Under the pieces are notes generated by a model. The model worked only from the letters and a program-made list of their open reading frames with translations. It searched no databases and was not told where the DNA came from. Below are positions 52,589 to 62,277 of a stretch of DNA of 64,000 bases, one piece after another. The stretch comes from an uncultured Chloroflexia bacterium (GTDB taxonomy: Bacteria; Chloroflexota; Limnocylindria; Limnocylindrales; CSP1-4). The translations under genes and the position numbers were made by a program. The stretch spans positions 256,001-320,000 of the forward strand of contig CAVPPB010000002.1 in assembly GCA_963707215.1 (NCBI GenBank). The letters run 5' to 3'. Position 1 is the stretch's first letter. Every line of letters begins with the position of its first letter.

Positions 52589-52663
52589 CGCGGGGTGGAG
52601 CAGCGGCAGCTCGTTGGGCTCATAACCCAAAGGTCGGCGGTTCGAATCCGCCCCCCGCAACCA
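52589..52663 (+). tRNA. Initiator tRNA-fMet(CAU)
   Basis: C1:A72 mismatch, three G-C pairs in the anticodon stem (GGG-CTCATAA-CCC), TTCGAAT, encoded CCA. Confidence 0.95.
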
Positions 52664-52676
52664 ACACGGACGATCA

Positions 52677-52701
52677 AGGACCGGCCCTCGGGCCGGTCCT
52701 C
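52677..52701. terminator. GC-rich hairpin between the tRNA and the convergent gene (no U-tract)
   Basis: AGGACCGGCCC-TC-GGGCCGGTCCT. Confidence 0.45.
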
Positions 52702-52724
52702 GTGATTCCAGGGCCCGTCGACGG

Positions 52725-55274
52725 CTAGAGCGCAGCGACGGTCGCCTCGAGCCTGGTGGTCGCGCTCGCCGGGTCCGTCGTGGCGTCGAAACGGATCGGT
52801 TGGCCGACGACGATCTCGACCTCGCCGCGGAGCGGAGCCGGGAGCCGCCGCCGGTCGATGATGCTCATCCGGTGGATGACGACCTTGACCGGGACCACCG
52901 GCGTGGCCCCTTCGACCGCGATCAGGCCGACGCCGGCCTTGAAGGGCTGGAGCGGGCCGCCGACGGTCAGCTTCCCCTCCGGATAGATGAGGACGTTGAA
53001 GCCGGCATCGAGGCGGGTGCCGAGCATCTCGAGGCTCTTCCGGACGGAACCCTCGCGGGCCAGCGGGAAGGCATTCGCGAGGACCGAGGCCAGCACGCCC
53101 TGGACCGGGTTGTCATAGATGGTCTCGGCGGCCGCGGCGACGGACAGCCTCCAGCGGATGCCGAGGGGCAGGCGGCTGAGGATGATCGCGTTGTCCAGGT
53201 GGAGACAGTGGTTGGGCGTGAACAGGACCGGGCCGTCCAGGGCCCCCAGTCGTTCGAGGCCGCTGGTTCGAACGCGGTAGAACAGGGCGACGGTCGGGTA
53301 CATCAGGAGCGTCTGGAAGGCAAGGCCGACCGCCCGGACGCCTGGGCGCAGGGGCCACGACCACGAGCCCGGCTTCCGCCGCTCGCCGCGAGCCACCTCG
53401 ACCAGCGCCTGCAGGTCGCGGACGCTGGCACCGGGCTGGAGCGCGTCGTCGTCCACGTAGACCCCGAGCTCCTCCTCGATCACCCCGAGGAGCTCGACGC
53501 GACGCAGCGAGTCAAGCTCCAGGTCCTCCGACAGACGGGCAGCAGGCGTGATCCGGTCCGGGCCAAGGCCGGCGACCGAGGCGACCACCGCGACGACAGG
53601 GTCGACCGGGGCGTCGTCGGCGCGGGCTGCGATCCGGCGGGTGTCCGGGACCACTGGCGTCTCCGCCCCGTCGAGCTCGGCGAGCCGGGCGAGCACGTCG
53701 GGTTTGCGGATCTTCAGGGTGTGCGTCCGGGGCAGGTCCGGATCCGGCCAGACCGTCGTGCCCCGGATCCGCTGGTGCGGCGCCAGCCGATCGTTGGCGA
53801 CCCGGACGACGTCGTCGGCGACGGCCGGGTCGGCGAGGAGCAGCACCGCGTGGACCCGCAGGTCCGGGCCCGGTGGCCAGCCGACGATGGCCGCGTCCTC
53901 GACCCGCTCGTCCTGGCGCAGGATCGCCTCGACGTCTTCGGCGTAGACCTTCTGGCCGTCGGGCAGGGCCAGCATGTCCTTCTTGCGGCCCCGGAAGACG
54001 AGGAAGCCGTCGGGCGTCATCGCGCCGAGGTCGCCGGAGTGGTACCAGCCATCGGCATCGATGGCCGCAGCGGTCGCCTCCGGGTTGCGCCAGTAGCCCA
54101 TGAAGCGGTTCGGGCCCCGGGCCAGGATCTCGCCGTCAGCGGCCAGCCGGATCTCGACGCCCGGGATCGGCTCGCCGACGGTATCGAGCCGGTTCCGCTC
54201 GGGCCGGGTGAAGGTCGCGACCGGCCCCATCTCCGTCGCCCCGTAGCCCTGGAGCACCTCGATCCCCATGTCCATCCAGCGCTGGGCGACGTCGAGCTCG
54301 ATCGCCGACGCGCCGACGCCGATGGCCTTCAGACGTCCGCCGAACTGCTCGTGGACGGACCGGAAGAGGAGACGGCGGACCCATCGCGGGGATCGTCGCG
54401 CGATGCGGTGCAGGCGCTCCCAGGACGCACGTCGACCGGACTGGTCGACCTTCCGCTCGATGGCGTTGTCGAGGAGCCTGAGCCCCTGGGGCACGATCAG
54501 CAGCAGGGACGCCCGATAGTCGCGGAACGTCCGGAGGATCACGGCCGGTTGGCGGCTCACGGGGTAGACCACGCTTGCGCCCTTGAGCAGCGGCGCGATG
54601 AAGCCCAGGACCTGTTCGTACAGGTGGGACAGCGGCAGGACGGACAGGAGTCGGTCCGACGCCCCGAACGGCAGCAGGGAAGCCATCGAGGCCGCGCAGG
54701 CGAGCAGGTTGCGGTGCGAGAGCATCGCGCCCTTCGGCTCGCCGGTCGTTCCGCTCGTGAACACGATCTCGGCCAGGTCGTCCGGCGCGACCGCGGCCGC
54801 GGGGAGCGGCTCCAGGCGACGGGCGAGGTCGGGGAGCGACTCGACGAGCAGGACCGGCAGCCCGAGTTCGCTGGCTGGGGCCTCGGTCTGGCGGCAGGCG
54901 ACCACCAGGCGGGCCTCGGTTCGGGTGGCGACCTTCCGTCCGAACTCGACCGTGTGGCGGACGTCCAGCGGGACCGAGACTGCTCCGGCGTGGGCGATCG
55001 CCAGGAAGGCCAGCCCCCACTCCGGCCGATTGACCGACCAGATGATGACCCGATCTCCCGGGACGACGCCGGCCTCGACGAACGCCCGGGCCGCCCGCGG
55101 CACCTCCCGGGCCAGATCGCGGTACCGCCAGGTACGTGTCCGGAACGACGGCCGGATGAGCAGCGCCGGCCGCCTGGCGAACCTCTCCCGGCCGACCGTG
55201 ACGAGGTCGACGAGCGTCTCCACGCGGGCTGGATCGGAGCGCGAGCGGCGGGGAGCGGCGCCCGGGTCGGTCAT
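52725..55274 (-). CDS. Fatty acyl-AMP/CoA ligase + acyl carrier + PlsC acyltransferase fusion (Aas-like)
   Basis: FTSGTTGEPKG, QGYGATE, SGDLG; ACP motif LDSL; NHCLHLD and YPEG. Confidence 0.88.
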   Translation of the reverse strand: MTDPGAAPRRSRSDPARVETLVDLVTVGRERFARRPALLIRPSFRTRTWRYRDLAREVPRAARAFVEAGVVPGDRVIIWSVNRPEWGLAFLAIAHAGAVSVPLDVRHTVEFGRKVATRTEARLVVACRQTEAPASELGLPVLLVESLPDLARRLEPLPAAAVAPDDLAEIVFTSGTTGEPKGAMLSHRNLLACAASMASLLPFGASDRLLSVLPLSHLYEQVLGFIAPLLKGASVVYPVSRQPAVILRTFRDYRASLLLIVPQGLRLLDNAIERKVDQSGRRASWERLHRIARRSPRWVRRLLFRSVHEQFGGRLKAIGVGASAIELDVAQRWMDMGIEVLQGYGATEMGPVATFTRPERNRLDTVGEPIPGVEIRLAADGEILARGPNRFMGYWRNPEATAAAIDADGWYHSGDLGAMTPDGFLVFRGRKKDMLALPDGQKVYAEDVEAILRQDERVEDAAIVGWPPGPDLRVHAVLLLADPAVADDVVRVANDRLAPHQRIRGTTVWPDPDLPRTHTLKIRKPDVLARLAELDGAETPVVPDTRRIAARADDAPVDPVVAVVASVAGLGPDRITPAARLSEDLELDSLRRVELLGVIEEELGVYVDDDALQPGASVRDLQALVEVARGERRKPGSWSWPLRPGVRAVGLAFQTLLMYPTVALFYRVRTSGLERLGALDGPVLFTPNHCLHLDNAIILSRLPLGIRWRLSVAAAAETIYDNPVQGVLASVLANAFPLAREGSVRKSLEMLGTRLDAGFNVLIYPEGKLTVGGPLQPFKAGVGLIAVEGATPVVPVKVVIHRMSIIDRRRLPAPLRGEVEIVVGQPIRFDATTDPASATTRLEATVAAL

Positions 55275-55942
55275 CCATCGGCCTCCGTCGTCGCGGCCAG
55301 CTCGGCCAGCACCTCGTTGGCGTCCTCGCGCAGGGTCGGGAAGTGGGCGAAGACGATCATCTGGACGTCGAGGCGGGCAAGACGTTGCACGCTCCGACGT
55401 GCGGCAGCGTGGTCGTCGGAGTAGAGCCCGCTGGCGAAGGACACCCGACCTCGTCGTCGTTGGAGGACGTCGCCGGTGAACAGGATGCGGTCACGGATCC
55501 CGTAGAGGCAGATGCTCCCTGGCGTGTGACCGGGCGTGTGGACGACCCGAAGGCCGCCGAGTACCGGAAGGACATCGCCGTCGCCGACGGGCGTCACCGC
55601 TGCCGGCCGCGGCGTCACCGCCGCGAAGAAGCGGCCCCGCGACGGATGGCGGATCGCATCCGCGAGGCCGACCCGCAGTCCCTCGGCGTCAGCCGGATGC
55701 ATGAGCAGCTCGACCCCGCGGCGGGCGAGCTCGCGGGCGCCACCGGCGTGGTCCGGGTGCCCGTGAGTGATGATGACCCGGCGGACCTCGTCGAGCGACC
55801 GCCCGACCCGGGCGAGATAGCGCTCGATGCCACGCCGCGACCCGGGCAGCCCAGCGTCGATCAGGGTGATCTCGTCCTCGAGGATGGCGTGGACGCGGAC
55901 CGACGTCAGATGGATCGCGTGGACGTCCGGGGCGATCTCCAC
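55271..55942 (-). CDS. MBL-fold metallo-hydrolase
   Basis: LIDAG, THGHPDHAG, TPGHTPGS, FTGD; ATGA coupling to the ligase. Confidence 0.88.
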   Translation of the reverse strand: MEIAPDVHAIHLTSVRVHAILEDEITLIDAGLPGSRRGIERYLARVGRSLDEVRRVIITHGHPDHAGGARELARRGVELLMHPADAEGLRVGLADAIRHPSRGRFFAAVTPRPAAVTPVGDGDVLPVLGGLRVVHTPGHTPGSICLYGIRDRILFTGDVLQRRRGRVSFASGLYSDDHAAARRSVQRLARLDVQMIVFAHFPTLREDANEVLAELAATTEADG

Positions 55943-56092
55943 GACGCCTCCCGTGGGCCATGGCCTGGCGTCCGCTCCCGGCCGCCGGGCGCGGCTCGGG
56001 ACGGGCGCGCGCGAACGATAGGCTCGTGCCGGCGTCGTGGGAAGGACCGAATGGCGTGCCGGGCCTGGTGGACCCGAGGCCCGACGGGGCGG

Positions 56093-57103
56093 TCAGCCGG
56101 CGGCGTGCGCCGCGGCCAGCCAGGCGTCGATCCGCGCGACCGTGAAGACGTGCGCGGCGATGTCCCGGACCCAGTGCTCCGAGCGAGCCCGGTCCTCTGC
56201 GGAGGCTGACGGGTCGAGAGCTCGCTCCGCGTACCAGGCGACGAGGTTGGCCTGGAAGGCCAGGGTCATGGCGAAGGACGAGCGATCCCGGAGGATCGCC
56301 GGCCCGCCGGCTTGCCCGTAGGCGCGCAGGAAGGCCCGGGTCGCGCTCACATCCGGCACGAATTCGGCGAGCGTCGACGCCAGCTCCTGCTCGGCCGAGG
56401 CCGGGCCCGAGTTCTCCCAGTCGACGACGACCGGGTGTCCCTGCCTGTCGACCAGCACGTTCTCCGGGTTGAAGTCGAGGTGGCAGCGGATCGTCGACTC
56501 GTGGCTCCCGGCCGCGACGATGGCATCGCCCTCGCGGAGCAGCGGCACGAGCCCGCCGAGCGTGTCGGCCCAGCTCGCCCGCGCGGCGCGGGCCGCGGCC
56601 ACGAGCCCCTCCAGGTCCCCGGGTCCCGGCGCGGCCGTGAACCACGGGTCGACCGGCCCACGGGCCGGGAATGCCAGCGCGTGGAGCCGGCCCAGGATCG
56701 CCGCCGCATCCGCGATCGCTGGGCGGACCTCACGTCCGGCCAGGTCGACCCAGGTGTAGACCCGCACCTCGACCCGCCGGTCCGGGGCCGGGACCTCGGA
56801 GATGACCCGGCCGTCGGGAGCCGGGATCGGCCGGGGCATCGGGACGCCCGCGGCGAGGGCCGCCTCCTGGAACGCGACGTCCTCCCGGGCGGCTGTCTCG
56901 TCGGCGGGCCGCAGCAGCTCCTTGACCGCCCATCGCCCGGTCGAGGTCTCCAGGCGCCAGATGCGGCCGAGCTCACCCCGCGCCGCCAGGGCGATCAGTC
57001 CCGTCGGCCGGCCCAGGCCGTAGGCCCTGGCGACCGCGACGGCATCGGGAGGGTCGGCTGGCGCCGGTTCTGGAGGACCCGTCGGAACGCGCGGATCGGC
57101 CAT
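56093..57103 (-). CDS. Aminoglycoside phosphotransferase/kinase-like protein
   Basis: WAVK, CHLDFNPENV (Brenner motif), VVDWE. Confidence 0.8.
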   Translation of the reverse strand: MADPRVPTGPPEPAPADPPDAVAVARAYGLGRPTGLIALAARGELGRIWRLETSTGRWAVKELLRPADETAAREDVAFQEAALAAGVPMPRPIPAPDGRVISEVPAPDRRVEVRVYTWVDLAGREVRPAIADAAAILGRLHALAFPARGPVDPWFTAAPGPGDLEGLVAAARAARASWADTLGGLVPLLREGDAIVAAGSHESTIRCHLDFNPENVLVDRQGHPVVVDWENSGPASAEQELASTLAEFVPDVSATRAFLRAYGQAGGPAILRDRSSFAMTLAFQANLVAWYAERALDPSASAEDRARSEHWVRDIAAHVFTVARIDAWLAAAHAAG

Positions 57104-57216
57104 CGGCACAGGGTACCGTCCGCTCGTCGCCGCGATATTTCGAACGCTGGCGCGGCGCCCGGCCCCATAGTGTCTCGGAAGGCGTCCCCGCTGGGCGCCA
57201 GCGAGGGACGGCGCAG

Positions 57217-57768
57217 GTGGATCGCGATCTCGTCGAGGCGGCCCGCGGTGGGGACAGGGAGGCGTATGCCGACCTGGTCCGCAGCCGTGGCGACCGGCTC
57301 TTCGCGATCGCCCAGCGGATCCTGCGCGACGTCGACCGGACCGAGGATGCCGTGCAGGAGGCGCTGGTGATCGCCTGGCGCGACCTGCCCGGGCTCCGCG
57401 ATCCGGACCGGTTCGACGCCTGGCTGCACCGTCTCCTCGTTCGCTCCTGCATCACCGAGGCCAAGCGCGAGCGCCGCCTGGCGGCGAACGTGCGGATCCT
57501 CCCCTTCGACATGCCCGCGGCGGCGGACGACTACCTGTCCGTCGCCGACCGGGACCAGCTCGACCGCGGCTTCCGGCGCCTGCCTCCGGAGCAGCGGGCC
57601 CTGCTGGTCCTCCGCCACTTCGCCGGCCTCGAGCCGACGGAGATCGCCGAGACCCTCGGCATCCCCGCCGGCACGGTCCGATCCCGACTCCACCATGCCC
57701 ACCGGGCGATGCGCGCCGCGCTCGACGCGGATGCCCGCTCGACCACGATCAGGGGAGTCTCGGCGTGA
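57217..57768 (+). CDS. ECF sigma factor (sigma-24 family)
   Basis: EDAVQEAL..AW, FDAWL, EIAETLGIPAGTVRSRLHHA. Confidence 0.92.
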   Translation: MDRDLVEAARGGDREAYADLVRSRGDRLFAIAQRILRDVDRTEDAVQEALVIAWRDLPGLRDPDRFDAWLHRLLVRSCITEAKRERRLAANVRILPFDMPAAADDYLSVADRDQLDRGFRRLPPEQRALLVLRHFAGLEPTEIAETLGIPAGTVRSRLHHAHRAMRAALDADARSTTIRGVSA

Positions 57769-59138
57769 CGCGAGAACGAGACATCGAGCGCGTCCTCGAC
57801 GCCTGGCTCACCGACGGCGCCACGCAGATGCCCGACCGGCTCTACGTGACGGTCCTCGATCGGGTCGACCGGACCCCGCAGCGGCGCCTCGCCCGGCTCA
57901 AGCTGAGGTTCTCCGAGATGCGTCCTGTCATCCGGGTCGCGGCGGTCGCCGCGGTCCTCGTTCTCACCCTGGGGGTAGGGGCGGCGGTCGTCGGGGGTGC
58001 GTTCGACGCGGACGCGCCCGGCCCGACGCCGGAGCCGTCACCCGCCGTCTCGCCCGGCCCCTCTCCGAGCCCGGCGGCCGCGCTGCCGGACGAGCTCGGC
58101 CACATCTGGATCGGCGGCGAGCGACCGCTCGCGGCCCTCGGGATGACCACCCCGGCGCTGGTCGTCCTCGATCTCGATCCGGACGTCGGGACGAGCCCGT
58201 ATGCCGAGCTCAACGTGGACCTTGGATCGCCGATCTTCGCTTCGCATCCATCCCTCCCGGCGGTGGGTCAGCTGCGCTTCGAGACGGCCATCGGCGACGC
58301 CGGCTGCTCCACCGGCGACGTCGGGACCTACGACTACTCGCTGTCACCGAACGGCATGATCCTGTCCCTCCAGACCGTCGAGGATGCCTGCGCGAACCGC
58401 GCCGACGCCTTCAGCGGCGACTGGACCCGGTCGCAGTGCAAGAACCCGGACGACTACTGCCTGGGCGAGGTCCCCGCCGGGACGTACGTCTCGACGTTCC
58501 TCGATCCGTACCGGGCGCCGGGCGGTGAGAGACCGCCCCGCGGCGACTTCGGCCGCCTGCGCTTCACCGTCCCGGACGGCTGGGCCAACAGCGGGGACTG
58601 GCCCCAGGAATACGCCCTCGAGCCGCTCGGAACCGTGGCCGAGAACCCCGCCTCCGGTGACAAGACGACCTGGCACGGCATCTACGTCAACACGCGGGCG
58701 TCCGCCGCGCTCCAGGACGAGCAGTGCAACGACTTCGAGCAGCCCGGCGTGCCCCGGACGCTCGACGCGCTGACGACCTTCCTCCGGGAGCGTCCCGGGC
58801 TGGAGGTCTCGAACCCGGTCGAGCTGACGATCGGCGGTCGCCGGGCCACGATGACCGACATCGCCATCGCCCCGGACTGGACCCAGACCTGCCCCGATGC
58901 GGTCGGCGGCCATCCCGTCGTGACCCTGTTCCGGGAGGCTGACACGGCGGCGGATTCGGGCTGGGGCTGGGGGATCGGCTGGCCCGGGAACACCGAGCGG
59001 CAGCGGGTCATCCTCGTCGAGCTCGAGCCCGCCAACGTCCTGCACATCGCCCTCGACGACACGTCCACGCCGTCGCGCTTCGACGAGCTCGTTGCCGCCG
59101 CGATGCCGACCGTCGAGTCCTTCGAGTTCCCCGAATGA
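57765..59138 (+). CDS. Putative anti-sigma factor: short cytoplasmic N-terminus, TM, large Cys-containing extracellular domain
   Basis: GTGA overlap with the ECF gene; topology inferred from hydrophobicity. Confidence 0.7.
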   Translation: MTRERDIERVLDAWLTDGATQMPDRLYVTVLDRVDRTPQRRLARLKLRFSEMRPVIRVAAVAAVLVLTLGVGAAVVGGAFDADAPGPTPEPSPAVSPGPSPSPAAALPDELGHIWIGGERPLAALGMTTPALVVLDLDPDVGTSPYAELNVDLGSPIFASHPSLPAVGQLRFETAIGDAGCSTGDVGTYDYSLSPNGMILSLQTVEDACANRADAFSGDWTRSQCKNPDDYCLGEVPAGTYVSTFLDPYRAPGGERPPRGDFGRLRFTVPDGWANSGDWPQEYALEPLGTVAENPASGDKTTWHGIYVNTRASAALQDEQCNDFEQPGVPRTLDALTTFLRERPGLEVSNPVELTIGGRRATMTDIAIAPDWTQTCPDAVGGHPVVTLFREADTAADSGWGWGIGWPGNTERQRVILVELEPANVLHIALDDTSTPSRFDELVAAAMPTVESFEFPE

Positions 59139-59239
59139 ACGGCCCGGTGCGGCAGCGACACCACATCCCATCGGCGATCCGCGGCGTGAGCCGGGCGATG
59201 TCCGCCCGGCCCGCCGGTCGAGACCTGGAGGTCCGTCCC

Positions 59240-59668
59240 ATGCGCGTCCCGTTCCTCCGCCTGGCCGCGGCCGGGCTCCTGGCCCTCGCCTTCGCGATGC
59301 CCGTCGACGCAGGGGGCTCGAAGGTCGAGATCATCCTCTACGTGGACAACGGCTCCGAGACCTTCGATGCCGAAGGGGGCTTCTGCTCGGCCGGCACCGC
59401 GCTCTCGAGCGGCTTCTTCTTCGCCGGCGGCGGCCGGGCCGGCACGTACCACCTCGTCAAGACCCTCGACTGCGCCGACGGCTCGGGCACCCTGGTGATC
59501 AACGTCGACGCCGCCACCGCCAACGGGGCCCCGCAGGACCAGGGCGGCTGGTCGGTCATCGCCGGGACCGGCGATTGGGCCGGTGCTCGAGGCGGCGGCA
59601 ACCTCGTCGGCTACTTCGACCGAGCCGTCGACATCGAGGACCACTACACGGGCGTCATCGTCCGGTAG
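59240..59668 (+). CDS. Small secreted beta-rich hypothetical protein
   Basis: GGAGG RBS, signal peptide, W.V..GTG.W.G.RG.G motif. Confidence 0.7.
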   Translation: MRVPFLRLAAAGLLALAFAMPVDAGGSKVEIILYVDNGSETFDAEGGFCSAGTALSSGFFFAGGGRAGTYHLVKTLDCADGSGTLVINVDAATANGAPQDQGGWSVIAGTGDWAGARGGGNLVGYFDRAVDIEDHYTGVIVR

Positions 59669-59778
59669 CGATCCCCGGGCGCCGCGTCGGCGACGCTCAA
59701 GACGTCCCGCGGATCCGGACCCCGGGTGGACCACCCGGGGTCCGACCGCGTCCGGCGGGCGTGGGGATGACTTCCGGG

Positions 59779-60285
59779 CTAGGCCCGCTCGTCGTCGGCG
59801 CCGACCAGGCGGCTGCGACGCTCCAGGATGACCACGTCTCGCCAGCGACCGGACGGGTCCTTGCCCAACCGCTCGCGGACCCCGATGACCCGGAAGCCGG
59901 CGTGTCGGTGGAGGGCGAGACTGGCCTCGTTCTCCGGGTGGATGCCGGCCTGGAGCGTCCAGATGCCGACCGCCTCGGACGCCTCGATGAGCGCCGCCAT
60001 GAGGGCTCGCCCCACGCCGCGCCCGCGAGCGTCTTCCGCGACGTACACGGAGACTTCCGCGACGCCCTCGTAGACGCAGCGCCCGGAAGCCGGCGTGAGG
60101 GCGACCCAGCCCAGAACGTGCTCGTCGTCGCGGGCGACGAACCGGCCGTACGGTCGATGCTCCTCGTCCCAGGCCTCCCACGACGGCGCCCCTGCCTCGA
60201 GCGTGGCGTTGCCGGTGGCGATGCCCTGCTCGTAGATGGCCCGGACGGCCGGCCAGTCGGCCGGGGCGAGCGCCTCGATCCTCAT
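59779..60285 (-). CDS. GNAT N-acetyltransferase (phosphinothricin/YncA-like)
   Basis: IYEQGIATGNAT, EVSVYV..ARGRGVG, NEASLALH..GF. Confidence 0.9.
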   Translation of the reverse strand: MRIEALAPADWPAVRAIYEQGIATGNATLEAGAPSWEAWDEEHRPYGRFVARDDEHVLGWVALTPASGRCVYEGVAEVSVYVAEDARGRGVGRALMAALIEASEAVGIWTLQAGIHPENEASLALHRHAGFRVIGVRERLGKDPSGRWRDVVILERRSRLVGADDERA

Positions 60286-60318
60286 GGACCGGGAGTCTAG
60301 CCGGACCGGGTCGGGCGT

Positions 60319-61998
60319 CTAGTCGGGGCGATGCGACCGATCGTGATGGGCGATCCGCTCGCCGGGCATGACCTCGTAGCGGGGCGGGGCAGCGACCCCG
60401 TCGGCCTGCCACGAAGGCGAGTGCCGCTGGTCGCGATCCCGGCGGGTCGGGCGCGCCTGGTCTCGCTGGCCCGGACCCGCCTGTCCATGGCGGCCTGCGT
60501 AGGGCTGACCGCCGTTCCTCGGCGCCGACGGATGTCGGCCGCGGTCCCTGGTCCGATGCTCGACCGTATGGTCCGGGTGGCGGTCGGGCGTTCGGGCGGA
60601 ACGCTGGCCCGGTCCCCGATCGGCACGCTGACCGGGTCCGCCATCCGGGCGGTAGCTGGGCGCACGATCGGGACGTTGGCCGGGCGCACGGTCCTGGCGG
60701 AAGCCGCCACTGCGGTCCTGGCGGAAGCCGCCACTGCGGTCCTGGCGGAAGCCGCCGCCTCGATGCCCGCTCCCACGGACGCCGGCTCGGCCCCGACCGC
60801 GGGATGGCACGCCGCTCACGGGACGGGCCGGCCTGGGCGGGAGCGCCTCGCCTGGTGCGAAGCCGTCAACGACCTCGCTGGCGATCGGTCGCCTCAGGAG
60901 GTCCTCGATGGCCCACAGGAGCGGGGCCTCGTCCGCGCCGACCAGCGAGACGGCGTCGCCTTCCATTCCGGCCCGGCCGGTGCGGCCGATGCGATGGATG
61001 TAGTCCTCGGGCACGTGCGGCAGCTCGAAGTTGACGACGTGGGGCAGGGCGTCGATGTCGAGGCCGCGGGCGGCGATGTCGGTCGCCACGAGGACCGAGA
61101 CACGCCGCGCCTTGAAGTCGCCGAGGGCGCGGATCCGCTGGGACTGGCTCTTGTTGCCGTGGATGGCGGCCGCGGCGATGCCGTCACGGAAGAGTTGCTC
61201 GGCCAGCCGGTCGGCGCCGTGCTTGGTGCGGGTGAAGACCAGCGCATGGTCGATCCGGCCGGAGCGCACGAGGTGGCTCAAGAGGGCTCGCTTGCGCCCT
61301 CGATCGATCGGGTGGACGACCTGGCGGACAAGCTCGGCAGAGCTGTTCCGCGGCGTCACCTGGACCGAGGCGGGCTGATCGAGGAGGCCGTCGGCAAGGC
61401 GCCGGATCTCGTCGGAGAAGGTCGCCGAGAAGAGCAGGTTCTGGCGTCGCGGCGGCAGGACGGCGAGGATCCGCCGGATGTCGTGGATGAAGCCCATGTC
61501 GAGCATCCGGTCGGCCTCGTCGAGGATCAGGACCTCGACCGTCGAGAGGTCGATCGCCCGCTGGTCGAGGTGGTCGAGCAGGCGGCCCGGCGTCGCGACG
61601 ACGACCTCGGCCCCGGCCCGGATGGCCTTGATCTGGGGCCCGTAGGGCACGCCCCCGAAGATCGTCATCGAGCGGACCGGGCGGTGCGCGCCGTAGGTGC
61701 GGACGGATTGCTCGACCTGGATCGCCAGCTCGCGGGTGGGGGTGAGGACCAGCACCCGGACGGGCTGCCGCCGCTTCTCGCGGGGGTCGTGCGGGCGGCG
61801 GGTCGCGTGGAGGTGCTGGATGACCGGCAGCACGAAGGCGGCCGTCTTGCCGGTGCCGGTCTGGGCGCCGGCCAGCAGGTCGCGACCGGCGAGGACGAAG
61901 GGGATCGCCTCGCGCTGGACGGGGGTGGGGTGTTCGTACCCCTGGTCCGCGACAGCGCGGACAAGCTCGGGCGTCAGCCCGAGAGCATCGAAGGACAC
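60319..61998 (-). CDS. rhlE: DEAD-box RNA helicase (RhlE-like)
   Basis: [37 protein letters not shown]; long basic C-terminal tail. Confidence 0.9.
   Translation of the reverse strand: MSFDALGLTPELVRAVADQGYEHPTPVQREAIPFVLAGRDLLAGAQTGTGKTAAFVLPVIQHLHATRRPHDPREKRRQPVRVLVLTPTRELAIQVEQSVRTYGAHRPVRSMTIFGGVPYGPQIKAIRAGAEVVVATPGRLLDHLDQRAIDLSTVEVLILDEADRMLDMGFIHDIRRILAVLPPRRQNLLFSATFSDEIRRLADGLLDQPASVQVTPRNSSAELVRQVVHPIDRGRKRALLSHLVRSGRIDHALVFTRTKHGADRLAEQLFRDGIAAAAIHGNKSQSQRIRALGDFKARRVSVLVATDIAARGLDIDALPHVVNFELPHVPEDYIHRIGRTGRAGMEGDAVSLVGADEAPLLWAIEDLLRRPIASEVVDGFAPGEALPPRPARPVSGVPSRGRGRAGVRGSGHRGGGFRQDRSGGFRQDRSGGFRQDRAPGQRPDRAPSYRPDGGPGQRADRGPGQRSARTPDRHPDHTVEHRTRDRGRHPSAPRNGGQPYAGRHGQAGPGQRDQARPTRRDRDQRHSPSWQADGVAAPPRYEVMPGERIAHHDRSHRPD
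60689..60756 (-). repeat. In-frame 24-bp tandem repeat x2.8 (GGFRQDRS) in the helicase tail
   Basis: CGGTCCTGGCGGAAGCCGCCACTG repeated on the + strand. Confidence 0.9.
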
Positions 61999-62277
61999 AG
62001 GAAGCTCCTGACGAGGGCCCTCCCGCGAGTCACGGGGCCCGGTCAGGGCGTTGGATGGATCGGGATCGGCGGTGTTCAGGACCGGGGCGCTGACCGGAGC
62101 GCCCATCGAGCACGAGGTGCGAACCATACATGAGAACCGAGGACGGCGCTCGGACCGCACGAGCCGGCCTCGAGTCGCGCTCGGCGGAACGCGACGCAAC
62201 GAGAGCGGATGACCAGCGTCCACCTGCACAGACCGCCGTCGCGCGCCTTCGCGCGCCAGGGGGATCGGAGGTATGCC

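Noticed and set aside
42125-52589. Genomic island integrated at tRNA-Lys or tRNA-fMet
   Set aside because: No integrase, and I found no duplicated tRNA 3' end (att site).
60689-60756. 24-bp repeats as a CRISPR array
   Set aside because: No spacers, in frame within the helicase tail, and no cas genes.
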